This document shows positions 31,740-40,422 of a stretch of 64,000 nt of DNA, one piece after another. The stretch is taken from assembly GCA_030697705.1 (NCBI GenBank), contig JAUYPE010000002.1:4312-68311 (forward strand). Reading direction: 5' to 3'. The stretch's first letter is position 1. Each line of letters starts with the position of its first letter. The notes below the pieces were generated by a model. It ran no database searches. It was not told the DNA's origin and saw nothing but the letters and a program-made list of their open reading frames with translations. The stretch comes from a bacterium (GTDB lineage Bacteria; Patescibacteriota; Minisyncoccia; Sungbacterales; HO2-52-23). Made by a program: the position numbers and the translations under genes.

Positions 31740-31792
31740 AAAAGCCCTTATCTTAGCACTAACAGCCCAAGTTTTTCTTTGGCAATAAATTC

Positions 31793-32467
31793 TTACTGAC
31801 TACCACTCCTTGCAGATTCATCAACTAGTCTACTCTGAAGTTCTTTAGCTACTTTGAGTAGTTCTTCCATAGGATAGTCTTGTCGTCCAAGAAAGCCCCT
31901 TTCCGCACCCTTGTCTTTAAATTCCTCATAACGATCAATGAAATACTCCTGAATAAAACTAATCATCTCACTGGCAGGGAACCCCCTCATCCTCTCTCTA
32001 ACTTGTTCGTCAGTTAGTTTTTCTCCTCTACTTTGAGCATCTTGCGTTATCTTTTTTTCAACTATCAGGGAGAGGTTGTGGTCATCAAGCATGGATCGCT
32101 CCATTTTTAACTTTTCTATCAACTCCATTTTCCGACTATCTGTCGGCTTATTTTCTCTCTTCGCTTTCTCTATGGTCTCCTCATTGACGAATATTGCGTT
32201 ACGCAGGTTATACCATACCATGCTTGAAGTGCCCGCTTTTACATCAGCGGGTATCTCCAATTTTTTAGATCTTTCTAGTTTTCTATCCTGTTCTGCTTTT
32301 TCAAAACCCCTCGCTATTTTTCCTTCGGGATCATCCATTGTCATCGCTTTTGAATAATCCATCGTACCGTCAGGATTTCTTTTTGCACCAACAAAAATCC
32401 GGCTCTTTGGTTTTTCCTGCTCTGAAGGTTGTTCGGGTGTAGACCCACCCATTTCAGGACTTTTCAT
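31793..32467 (-). CDS. Hypothetical charged protein
   Basis: 224-aa AT-richer ORF inside the Fe-S/SOD gene run; no motif recognised. Confidence 0.7.
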   Translation of the reverse strand: MKSPEMGGSTPEQPSEQEKPKSRIFVGAKRNPDGTMDYSKAMTMDDPEGKIARGFEKAEQDRKLERSKKLEIPADVKAGTSSMVWYNLRNAIFVNEETIEKAKRENKPTDSRKMELIEKLKMERSMLDDHNLSLIVEKKITQDAQSRGEKLTDEQVRERMRGFPASEMISFIQEYFIDRYEEFKDKGAERGFLGRQDYPMEELLKVAKELQSRLVDESARSGSQ

Positions 32468-32522
32468 AGTTTTTGTTGACCATACTCTTAGGATTAAATA
32501 TGCGGTTTACGACTGTATAATG

Positions 32523-33122
32523 TCACTCTCTAAACTGCTCAAGCTTCATCCGCTCAATCACGCCATTCACCTGCTCCCAGTTCAGATTCTTGAAAAATAC
32601 CTCAATGTACTCCTTGCGCGCCGTGGCAAAGTCCAGAAAATACGCGTGCTCGTACACATCCATAATAAAGAGTGCGACTGCTCCCCACACACCGCCCTGA
32701 TTGTGCGAGTCACAGAGGTAGTTTCGCAATGTGCCGTCTTCTAAATCAAAAGCGAGAATCGCCCACCCCCGCGCCGCAATACCGAGCGCCTTGAACTCTT
32801 CCATCCACTTTTCGTATGAACCAAAATCCTCCTCAATCCACTGTTTGATCATACCCGTCGGTTCGCTCCCGCCCGCTTTCATATTATCAAAATACCCCTC
32901 ATGGAGGCGGATGCCGTTTAACGCGAATGTCTCTTCGCGCTTGAGCTCGCCGAACTCCGAATAGGTCGCATTTGCCGCCGCGTGGTCAGTGACTTTTAAC
33001 TTCTCCTGTATCTCGTTCCATTTTTTGACATACCCCGCATAGAGCACATCGTGGTGCTCTTTTAACTGCTTCTCGGAAATCCCCTCCAACTGCGTATACG
33101 GCAATGGTTTTTGTCCTTTCAT
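32523..33122 (-). CDS. sod: Fe/Mn superoxide dismutase
   Basis: EHH..Y.GYV; LHE.YF; DVYEHAYF. Confidence 0.92.
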   Translation of the reverse strand: MKGQKPLPYTQLEGISEKQLKEHHDVLYAGYVKKWNEIQEKLKVTDHAAANATYSEFGELKREETFALNGIRLHEGYFDNMKAGGSEPTGMIKQWIEEDFGSYEKWMEEFKALGIAARGWAILAFDLEDGTLRNYLCDSHNQGGVWGAVALFIMDVYEHAYFLDFATARKEYIEVFFKNLNWEQVNGVIERMKLEQFRE

Positions 33123-33131
33123 AATCCTCTT

Positions 33132-33243
33132 CGTCATCCCGAACGGAGTGACTGCCAGCAGGCGTCCCGTGAGGGAGGGATCCCTCACAGCTTCAGTATA
33201 AACTGAATGTTAACGGGATTCCTCGCTCACGCTCGGAATGACA
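33132..33243. repeat. GTCAT...ATGAC palindromic repeat, copy 4
   Basis: CGTCATCCCGAACGGAGT[GACTGCCAGCAGGCGTCCCGTGAGG]GAGGGATCCC...CGGGATTCCTCGCTCACGCTCGGAATGACA. Confidence 0.85.
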
Positions 33244-33254
33244 CGAAAAATATA

Positions 33255-33503
33255 TTACGGAAAAATCTGATTCCCTTCTTCGTCAAAAATCAAAATCGCC
33301 TGCGTGGGGCATGATTTCGCGGCGAGGAGAATCGTCTCGTCGTCCGCCCCGTGGTCATTATACACCACCGCCTTATTCTCGCCATCCAGCTCAAACACGC
33401 CGGGCGCCACGGCAATGCACGACGCTGCCCCAATGCAGAGATCGCGATCCACAACGATCTTCCCAATCTTTAAGGGCTTTGATTCTGGTTTTTGGTCATC
33501 CAT
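33255..33503 (-). CDS. Monocluster ferredoxin (probably 3Fe-4S)
   Basis: CIGAASC...CP: second Cys replaced by Ala. Confidence 0.88.
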   Translation of the reverse strand: MDDQKPESKPLKIGKIVVDRDLCIGAASCIAVAPGVFELDGENKAVVYNDHGADDETILLAAKSCPTQAILIFDEEGNQIFP

Positions 33504-33524
33504 AACAAGTGCGAGACAAACTGC

Positions 33525-33731
33525 TTAGCGAACAGATTTTAATACCCCTTCTTTGCGAGTATGCTTTTTTGAGAAACGCTTGCTTGCGTCAAGTATCTCA
33601 ACATACAAGGGAATCCCCTTGCTATCAAGATCAACCATAATGCCGGGAGCGATTTCGCGCGTTTCAGCCACCTTGCCCCTCTTAAAGGTCAGGTTTACGG
33701 CATCAGCAACAGGATCATAAGAATAGTTCAT
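33525..33731 (-). CDS. DUF2283-like putative antitoxin
   Basis: YDPVADAVNL...DLDSKG...VEILDASK. Confidence 0.82.
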   Translation of the reverse strand: MNYSYDPVADAVNLTFKRGKVAETREIAPGIMVDLDSKGIPLYVEILDASKRFSKKHTRKEGVLKSVR

Positions 33732-33955
33732 GGAAGTGAGTTTGTAAAGTATTGGGTAATAACAACGATTCTATCATCTTCTCGCACAAAAATGACTTTG
33801 AGATATTTTTTACCAACCTTGTAAAACGCAAGAAACTTGTCTGATTCCATGATGAGCTTCTCCGGTGCGTCTATCGCACTATACACCATTTCCCGGGAGA
33901 TACTTCGTTGCCCTAATTTTTCTAATGCGTGCCGCGTAAAAATAATTTTCACCAT
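33728..33955 (-). CDS. DUF4258-like putative toxin
   Basis: FTRHALEKL.QRSIS...LKVIF...IVVITQY; overlaps the DUF2283 start. Confidence 0.8.
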   Translation of the reverse strand: MVKIIFTRHALEKLGQRSISREMVYSAIDAPEKLIMESDKFLAFYKVGKKYLKVIFVREDDRIVVITQYFTNSLP

Positions 33956-33972
33956 GGAACGGAAAACCAATG

Positions 33973-35097
33973 CTACCCATAATACTTCTCCTTGTAGAAT
34001 CTGATCAACTGTTCAACTTCCGTGATAATTTCGGGCGAGCCGACGCCGACTTTGAGTTTTTTCTGCACCGTCTCCAGATCAACCGCGCCCTCAAGCACCG
34101 CCTCTTCTATGTCTTTGTCGGTAATGTTGAGTTTGACATCAATCACCTTCGCTCCCTCTATCATAACCCGTTCGTTCTGATTTGTCCTGCGAAAATAATC
34201 ATTCGCCGCTTTGCGAAACGCCTTGTCCGCCAAAACAGAACAGTGAATTTTTCTATTTGGTAAACCACCCAACCGATCCATAATGTGCTGGGGTTTTATT
34301 TTTAATGCTTCGCCCAAAGGCAGGCCGCCGTTTTCCGTTACCATAACCGAAAACATAGATGTCGCCGCAATCGCCGAACCGCAGCCAAAAGTTCTCCATT
34401 TCATCTCCGCGACTTTTTCGGTTTGCGGTTCAATTTTTAGCCACATCTTCATCATATCGCCGCAATTATGGACAAGAAACGCACTCGTCGCGTAGGTATG
34501 AGAGTCTGCAACTTCAAAATTATACAGTCGTCCACCTTCAAACGACATAGTCTCTACATGCTCAATCGGTAGCTCAATGTGGTGACGCTCCCCCACAACC
34601 GGATAAAGGCAAATATCTTTCGCCTTAAGATCTCCGGCATGCGCCCATGTAATAGGCGCATATGCGTTCGATTCAGACATATATTGCTTTGCATAGATGA
34701 GATGGTCGGGTGTCGCAATAATTTCCCCTTGGAAATTCTTGATTTTTATGAGTGAACCCGCTTGATACCTCACACGAAACGCCTTCTCAACAGGATAGTA
34801 TCCAGAATCATGACTCAATACTTTTTCACCAACTTGAATGTTGGGAATCTCTTTCAGACCAGCCCCCGTCAACACTAATGTTTCAGGCGCAAGGCAGGCG
34901 GGCGAGCCGACCATCCCCGTCGCGTCATAAGCATTTTCATCCGGCTCCTCAAGCATGAGATTGCGCGGATTGAAAAAATGCTCTTTGACGATATCCGAAT
35001 AGTACCACCGCTCGCCGGTGAATTGGTTGACCACATCCCCCGCCGCGAGCCCCCCCTCGGGAATCGGTTTCTTTTCTTTAACTTTTTGATTATCCAT
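33973..35097 (-). CDS. iscU: IscU/NifU-N Fe-S scaffold containing an intein, with a degenerate BFD-like C-terminal domain
   Basis: YSDIVKEHFFNPRN; GSPA|CGD split by the intein; FGCGSAIA; KIHCS. Confidence 0.9.
   Translation of the reverse strand: MDNQKVKEKKPIPEGGLAAGDVVNQFTGERWYYSDIVKEHFFNPRNLMLEEPDENAYDATGMVGSPACLAPETLVLTGAGLKEIPNIQVGEKVLSHDSGYYPVEKAFRVRYQAGSLIKIKNFQGEIIATPDHLIYAKQYMSESNAYAPITWAHAGDLKAKDICLYPVVGERHHIELPIEHVETMSFEGGRLYNFEVADSHTYATSAFLVHNCGDMMKMWLKIEPQTEKVAEMKWRTFGCGSAIAATSMFSVMVTENGGLPLGEALKIKPQHIMDRLGGLPNRKIHCSVLADKAFRKAANDYFRRTNQNERVMIEGAKVIDVKLNITDKDIEEAVLEGAVDLETVQKKLKVGVGSPEIITEVEQLIRFYKEKYYG
34465..34896 (-). mobile_element. Mini-intein (Hint domain, 144 aa, no homing endonuclease)
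   Basis: Block A CLAPETLV; block B TPDH; block F LYNFEVADSHTY; block G VHN followed by Cys+1. Confidence 0.93.
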
Positions 35098-35121
35098 AGT
35101 GAGGCGTTGTTTAGCGTTATT

Positions 35122-35150
35122 CTGTCATTCCCGACTTAATCGAGAATCTA
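35122..35150. repeat. Left half of a split palindromic repeat
   Basis: CTGTCATTCCCGACTTAATCGAGAATCTA. Confidence 0.7.
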
Positions 35151-35207
35151 TGATTCCTATCTTGCGTCGTAAACGATATTAGAACCATATTCCATCTGCA
35201 AATTGGA

Positions 35208-35723
35208 TCATTTTGCCCATGAGGACACCGCAAAAATTACCCAAAATGGGGGTAAAAGTGTGAAGATACCTATAACTACAGAGGGCAAGAGGTATAAAAG
35301 GTTAAGGAGTAGCTTGAGCTTTTTTCCGGTTAGATCACCAATCCTAATTTTTGCCCCATCTTTATAGTGCTTCAAGTTTTCTTTGAACTCATTATCAATG
35401 GACTCCGATAGATAAATGTACAAAGCAAGAAAAACTATAGCAGGAATCATCACAAGGGTAGCATAGGGAGCGACTCTTAAAAGAATGGGGTGTGGATAAT
35501 TGAATGTTTTGTATAACTCATTAAGCGTCGGATAAAGATAAAGATGAACATACAAAAGGAGCAAGCTATCCGCAATTGCAATAAAAAGTGCTACATTTTT
35601 TATACGCTTTAGCACCGTCCACGCCTTCTCTTTTTCTATAGTACGATTCCTACGCTTCATAGCTATTAATACGGATAGGATAGGGACCAGAATTAACAGG
35701 CCATATATATAGGAAGTACTCAT
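35208..35723 (-). CDS. AT-rich membrane protein (cargo between the repeat halves)
   Basis: About four hydrophobic segments; visibly lower GC than iscS and iscU. Confidence 0.7.
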   Translation of the reverse strand: MSTSYIYGLLILVPILSVLIAMKRRNRTIEKEKAWTVLKRIKNVALFIAIADSLLLLYVHLYLYPTLNELYKTFNYPHPILLRVAPYATLVMIPAIVFLALYIYLSESIDNEFKENLKHYKDGAKIRIGDLTGKKLKLLLNLLYLLPSVVIGIFTLLPPFWVIFAVSSWAK

Positions 35724-35762
35724 AGTTTTTATTTACGATAACTTTATAAAATCCTCTGCTTC

Positions 35763-35790
35763 TGGATTCCCGCTTTCGCGGGAATGACAG
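35763..35790. repeat. Right half of a split palindromic repeat
   Basis: TGGATTCCCGCTTTCGCGGGAATGACAG. Confidence 0.78.
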
Positions 35791-35800
35791 GATTAAGATT

Positions 35801-37075
35801 TCACTTATAATTCTTCCCGCCTACTTTTATTTTAGACCCTTGACCGGCAAACGCCTCCGGGTGGGACACATCCATCTGCCCCATTTCCAGCCGTACGGGA
35901 GAGATTTGGCGCAGTTTTTCTACAATACCAGGAAAAACTTCCATGACATAATCCAAATCCTCCTTCGTCGTACGGTGGCCGAGCGTAAAGCGGAGCGATC
36001 CGTGCGCGTACTCATACGGTCGTCCAATGGCGAGAATGACATGCGAAGGGTCGAGCGTCGTAGAGGTACACGCCGAACCGGTGGAGATGTAAATGCCCTT
36101 TGAATCCAGATACAAAATAACCGCCTCGCCTTCAATATCCAAAACCGACATATTCACATTATTAGGCAGACGCTTTATCGGATGACCGTTCAAGACAACT
36201 TTTGGAATCTCGGTTATGAGTCGGTGCGTTAAGTAATCGCGAAGTTCAATCAAACGCGCGTTTTCTTTTTCTTTCTCCGCATGCGCGAGTTCAAACGCTT
36301 TGGCAAAACCGATAATACCCGGCACATTTTCCGTCCCAGAACGGAGATTATTTTCCTGCCCGCCGCCGTGGATAATGGCCTTGAGCCGTGTCCCGCGCTT
36401 TACATAAAGACACCCGACACCTTTGGGACCGTACATTTTTGAGCCATTTATCGCGAGCAGATCAACGCCTAATTTTTCAACATCCATCTCAAGCGCGCCC
36501 GCCGCTTGGCACGCGTCGGTATGGAAATAAATCGGCGTCGCGTTTCCGGCAATTTTACGCTCCGCGCGGATATCTTTTATAACTTTGGCAATCTCCGGAA
36601 TCGGTTCAATGGTACCGATCTCGTTATTGGCATACATGATAGAAACAAGAATCGTATCCGGTTCTATCGCGCGGCACACCGCTTCCGGATCAACGAGTCC
36701 GTCCTCATCAACCGGCAGGTAGGTAGTGCGAAACCCTTCTTTTTGCAGTGCTTCACATGAGTGCAAAACGGCGTGATGCTCAATCGCGGAGGTGATAATA
36801 TGCCTCCCCTTATCTCCGTACATGTGGGCTATACCAAAAATTGCCAAATTAATCGCCTCCGTTCCTCCGCCGGTAAAAATCAACTCCTCCGACTTGCAAT
36901 GCAAAATGTGAGCGACCGTTTCGCGCGCCGCGTCTAGTGCCTCTTTTGCGCGCCTCCCCGGACGGTACAAAGACGAAGGATTGCCGAATTCACCTTCCCA
37001 AAACGGCTCCATCGCCGCTTTTACGCGCGAGTCAAGGTAGGTCGTCGCCGCATGATCTAAATACACTTCTCGCAT
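35801..37075 (-). CDS. iscS: Cysteine desulfurase
   Basis: YLDHAATT; GNPSS; HTDACQ; SKMYGPKG; STGSAC. Confidence 0.95.
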   Translation of the reverse strand: MREVYLDHAATTYLDSRVKAAMEPFWEGEFGNPSSLYRPGRRAKEALDAARETVAHILHCKSEELIFTGGGTEAINLAIFGIAHMYGDKGRHIITSAIEHHAVLHSCEALQKEGFRTTYLPVDEDGLVDPEAVCRAIEPDTILVSIMYANNEIGTIEPIPEIAKVIKDIRAERKIAGNATPIYFHTDACQAAGALEMDVEKLGVDLLAINGSKMYGPKGVGCLYVKRGTRLKAIIHGGGQENNLRSGTENVPGIIGFAKAFELAHAEKEKENARLIELRDYLTHRLITEIPKVVLNGHPIKRLPNNVNMSVLDIEGEAVILYLDSKGIYISTGSACTSTTLDPSHVILAIGRPYEYAHGSLRFTLGHRTTKEDLDYVMEVFPGIVEKLRQISPVRLEMGQMDVSHPEAFAGQGSKIKVGGKNYK

Positions 37076-37099
37076 AAAAAATTATTACTCTTGCCATCC

Positions 37100-37164
37100 A
37101 GTATACGGTATGCCCCACCGTTGTCAATAAAAGTATTGACAACGGTATAAAATAAATGTATACA
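37100..37164. promoter_or_regulatory. Divergent promoter pair built on a 13-bp perfect palindrome
   Basis: ACCGTTGTCAATA-AAAG-TATTGACAACGGT (37117-46); TTGACA on each strand with TATACT (minus) and TATACA (plus) at 16-17 nt. Confidence 0.7.
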
Positions 37165-37247
37165 TAAGGGGAGGCCGTGCCCTTTGACATCAGTCGCGCG
37201 TCTTCTGCCGCGACTTCACCATCCGCAAAACCGCGAAGGAGTACGAC

Positions 37248-38444
37248 ATGCCGCTCAATCCTTTCAGGTTCTCTGAAAAAGCTCGCACCTATTATGGCAG
37301 AGTATTCCCACGCATTGAGCTTGTTGCGGCCCATATAGATGAAGAGTATAGCATTTCAGCCGCTGCGAGAGAGGAGATTATGCGTGATCTTGCCAAACTC
37401 CCCAAAAAAATCGCTGCATCCGCCTCAACTCTGGGAAATGATGCCGCTCAACTCCGCGCCGCTTATGCGCACCTTAATGGGAGGGATAGAGAAAAATGGG
37501 AAGAGATGATGGCACACGATCATGCCATTACGCGCCCTCTGAAAAGATTATTGAAAGACGGCATCACGACATGGGAGCAGGTGAAAGAACGGGCGACTGC
37601 GCAACAACGCCTGAATGAACAAGAACCGCCGCTTGATGATTCAACAGCACGTGAGACGGAACAAGAAACACCACCGGAGCCGGTACAATATGATGATCCT
37701 CGCCCAGCGTCACCAATGGATGAGCGATCATCAACTACCCACCCCTTCCTTTTCCTTAAAGCATTAGCGTCGGCAAGCGCAACAGTGCTGGGAGAATTGG
37801 GGCGGGTAGCCGAAGAGGTGACCTATCTTCTTGATGCCCGAGCTCGCGACCAGCGCCTTCTGGTACGCCAGAGCGAGCTTGAGACACGAAACGCACAACT
37901 CACAGAGCAGATCGCTCTCCTAGAGGAGACAAGGCGAACAACACAGAAGCGGCTTGCCGGTGCAGAGCACCGCATCCAGATACTCACCCAACAAGTAAAG
38001 GAGCTCGCGCCACGGCGTTTGGAAGAACTTGCGGAACTTTTTCCAAGTATCCCGGCACTGTTCAAATGCGCCGACGACATCCGTGAGGAGATGCGAAAGC
38101 GTGAGGATATAGTCAACTCGTTGCCCACAAAGCTCCTTTGGCTCGGAAACCATGACGGCAAACCGAAAGAGATGGTGTCCATGGTCTATCATCCCCCTTT
38201 TAAAGCGTATTTCAGCGACGCGGATCACGAGATTAGAGAGGCGGTCATAAAACAAATTCACTTCCTGTGCGAAGAGGGACCGCATCACAAGTCCCTTGAT
38301 ACCAAACGGAACAAAAATCCAACTCCTCCCCACACGCCGGATGAGCATATGTATATCCGGATAAAAATCGGCCTGCGGGCCACCTGCTCAAAGGAAGGAT
38401 CAGAACTTCACTTTTACAATATCATTCCGCGAGGTGATCTATGA
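37248..38444 (+). CDS. Coiled-coil protein with a putative C-terminal RelE/ParE-like domain
   Basis: 398 aa; central heptad region; C-terminal VYHPPFKAYF...KQIHFLCEEGPHHKSLDTK...YIRIKIGLRAT...FYNI. Confidence 0.6.
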   Translation: MPLNPFRFSEKARTYYGRVFPRIELVAAHIDEEYSISAAAREEIMRDLAKLPKKIAASASTLGNDAAQLRAAYAHLNGRDREKWEEMMAHDHAITRPLKRLLKDGITTWEQVKERATAQQRLNEQEPPLDDSTARETEQETPPEPVQYDDPRPASPMDERSSTTHPFLFLKALASASATVLGELGRVAEEVTYLLDARARDQRLLVRQSELETRNAQLTEQIALLEETRRTTQKRLAGAEHRIQILTQQVKELAPRRLEELAELFPSIPALFKCADDIREEMRKREDIVNSLPTKLLWLGNHDGKPKEMVSMVYHPPFKAYFSDADHEIREAVIKQIHFLCEEGPHHKSLDTKRNKNPTPPHTPDEHMYIRIKIGLRATCSKEGSELHFYNIIPRGDL

Positions 38445-38502
38445 TATGAGATGATGCTCACATAGTCATTCATGGGCGCAGAAACATTATACGTACGGAA
38501 CC

Positions 38503-38533
38503 AAAACCCATCAAACTTTGTTTGATGGGTTTT
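38503..38533. terminator. Bidirectional terminator
   Basis: AAAACCCATCAAA/TTTGATGGGTTTT between convergent genes. Confidence 0.75.
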
Positions 38534-38580
38534 TCATGCACAATCAAAAAAAGATATCTGGTTGGTACCACACAGCTCCC

Positions 38581-39108
38581 CTATCCCTTCCCCAGCGTAT
38601 TCTGTCCCGGTTCCCACTCAACTGGACAGCGCTCACCCGTTTGAAGCGCCTGAACCGCGCGAAGTACCTCTTTGACCGAACGACCGACAGCATTATCCGA
38701 AACCATAAACCATCGCAGGTTACCCTCCGGATCAATGATAAATGTCCCTCGTTCGGAGGCGCCGTCCGCGGCGAGCACGCCGTACGCGCGCGAGATATCG
38801 TGAGTGGTGTCCGCCACAATGGGATACTTTACCATCGCTAAATCCCTTTCAAACCAATTTTTATGCGACCACTCGCTGTCCGTTGAACAGGCAAGAATAG
38901 CCGTATGATATTTTTCAAATTCTTCTTCCAGCCGCGCAAACTCCTTCAGCTCCGTCGGACATACGAAGGTAAAATCCCGCGGATAGAAAAACAAAACCAC
39001 CCACTTTTTCCGATAATCGGCAAGCGAGACGCGCACAAAGTCATCCCGTCCCGCCTGATAGGCGATTGTTTTATCAAACTCCGGCGCTTGTTGGCGTAAG
39101 CTCATCAT
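38581..39108 (-). CDS. ahpC: 2-Cys peroxiredoxin
   Basis: FYPRDFTFVCPTE; C-terminal CPVEW. Confidence 0.94.
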   Translation of the reverse strand: MMSLRQQAPEFDKTIAYQAGRDDFVRVSLADYRKKWVVLFFYPRDFTFVCPTELKEFARLEEEFEKYHTAILACSTDSEWSHKNWFERDLAMVKYPIVADTTHDISRAYGVLAADGASERGTFIIDPEGNLRWFMVSDNAVGRSVKEVLRAVQALQTGERCPVEWEPGQNTLGKG

Positions 39109-39181
39109 ATTTTTTTATCCCGTGAAAACGGCTACCATCCACCTCCCTATCCTACGGGAAGGGGATATTTTTTACAAGCGT

Positions 39182-39805
39182 TTATCTGTAGGAACGCGAT
39201 CGCCGCCGCCGGCGCCACCCCCGGACAAGCGGAAGCGCTCCGGGGAGCAGGGAGAGCGCGATAATACCGAGAACGATAGGCAGAAGATACCGGTCAATAT
39301 CGGGAATGACACTCCCTAAAAAATAGCCCACTACGGTCAATCCGGCGCCCCAAATGATTCCGCCGAGTATATTATAAAAAAGAAATGTGCCATAGGGCAT
39401 CTTGCCCACTCCTGCAATAATCGGCGCGAATGTACGGACTACCGGTATAAAGCGCCCGAATATAATCGCCCGCGGACCGTGCGTATCGTAGAATACTCCC
39501 GCCTTTTGCACATATTCGGGACGAAAAAAACGTGAACGCGGGCGCGTGAAAAGCCGCGCTCCAGCCCGCCGCCCGAACGCATAGCCGACATTATCACCCA
39601 GAATCGCCGCGACCGTGGCAAGCGTGGCAAGTGGAATGATTGCAAAAAATCCTTGAGCCGCGAGAAATCCGGCCGTAAAGAGCAAAGAGTCGCCCGGTAG
39701 CGCTACACCGATAAGCAGACCGGACTCGGCAAAAATCATGGCGAAAACACCAAGATATCCTCCCGCGGTGACAAGCGCCTCGACACTGATACCGAAGATA
39801 TTCAT
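39182..39805 (-). CDS. dedA: DedA family membrane protein
   Basis: FAESGLL..LPGDSLLF; GRFIPVVRTF. Confidence 0.92.
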   Translation of the reverse strand: MNIFGISVEALVTAGGYLGVFAMIFAESGLLIGVALPGDSLLFTAGFLAAQGFFAIIPLATLATVAAILGDNVGYAFGRRAGARLFTRPRSRFFRPEYVQKAGVFYDTHGPRAIIFGRFIPVVRTFAPIIAGVGKMPYGTFLFYNILGGIIWGAGLTVVGYFLGSVIPDIDRYLLPIVLGIIALSLLPGALPLVRGWRRRRRSRSYR

Positions 39806-40341
39806 GGGAGGTGCTGCATCACTCGCGGCCGCAGAAAGGGAATTCGTACGACCACATACCCCGATGCAAGACCTACGAGCAGACCGGCAAGAATATCCGT
39901 TGGATAATGCACGCCCGCCGCGATGCGCCCGACACCGATAAGCGCACTTACAAGAAACAATGTCACGCCGATTTTTTTGTCATACGCATAGACGGCTGCC
40001 GAAAGAGCGAAAAAAAACGCCGCATGCCCTGAAGGTAGCGACCATGAGGAATCAAAAAAAAGCGCCTGCACCGGCAAAACGGCAAACGGCCGCGGCTGAT
40101 GGATAAAAAAACGGATAAGCGGCGTTATGATACCACGCGCGAGAACCACTGCCACACCGGCACCAAAAAAAATGCGCCATCGCTCACCATTGAGTCGCCC
40201 GGCATGCCATACCGCCCACAAAAACCATACTACCGCGATAAAGGAAAGGTGCACGGCAAAAAACCCTATGATAGCATCGCCCCATGCCGAGCGCCCCAGA
40301 AATCCATTCAGAAAAAAAATAATTACAGTATCCCATGCCAT
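39802..40341 (-). CDS. PAP2 family phosphatase (undecaprenyl-PP phosphatase-like)
   Basis: RP, PSGH and RIAAGVHYPTD motifs. Confidence 0.9.
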   Translation of the reverse strand: MAWDTVIIFFLNGFLGRSAWGDAIIGFFAVHLSFIAVVWFLWAVWHAGRLNGERWRIFFGAGVAVVLARGIITPLIRFFIHQPRPFAVLPVQALFFDSSWSLPSGHAAFFFALSAAVYAYDKKIGVTLFLVSALIGVGRIAAGVHYPTDILAGLLVGLASGYVVVRIPFLRPRVMQHLP

Positions 40342-40422
40342 ATGCTTCCCACTCTACCACAATTCAATAACTCTCGCACCTTGGCGGGATATCAGGCAGA
40401 CCCATACCTGCGGTCTGCTTTT

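Noticed and set aside
31752-31780. CIRCE element upstream of the nfuA-like gene
   Set aside because: Only the TTAGCACT half-site; the second arm is missing
33123-33188. N-terminal extensions of SOD and of the 22829 ORF in the ORF track
   Set aside because: They read through palindromic repeats; downstream ATGs at 33122 and 23350 fit better
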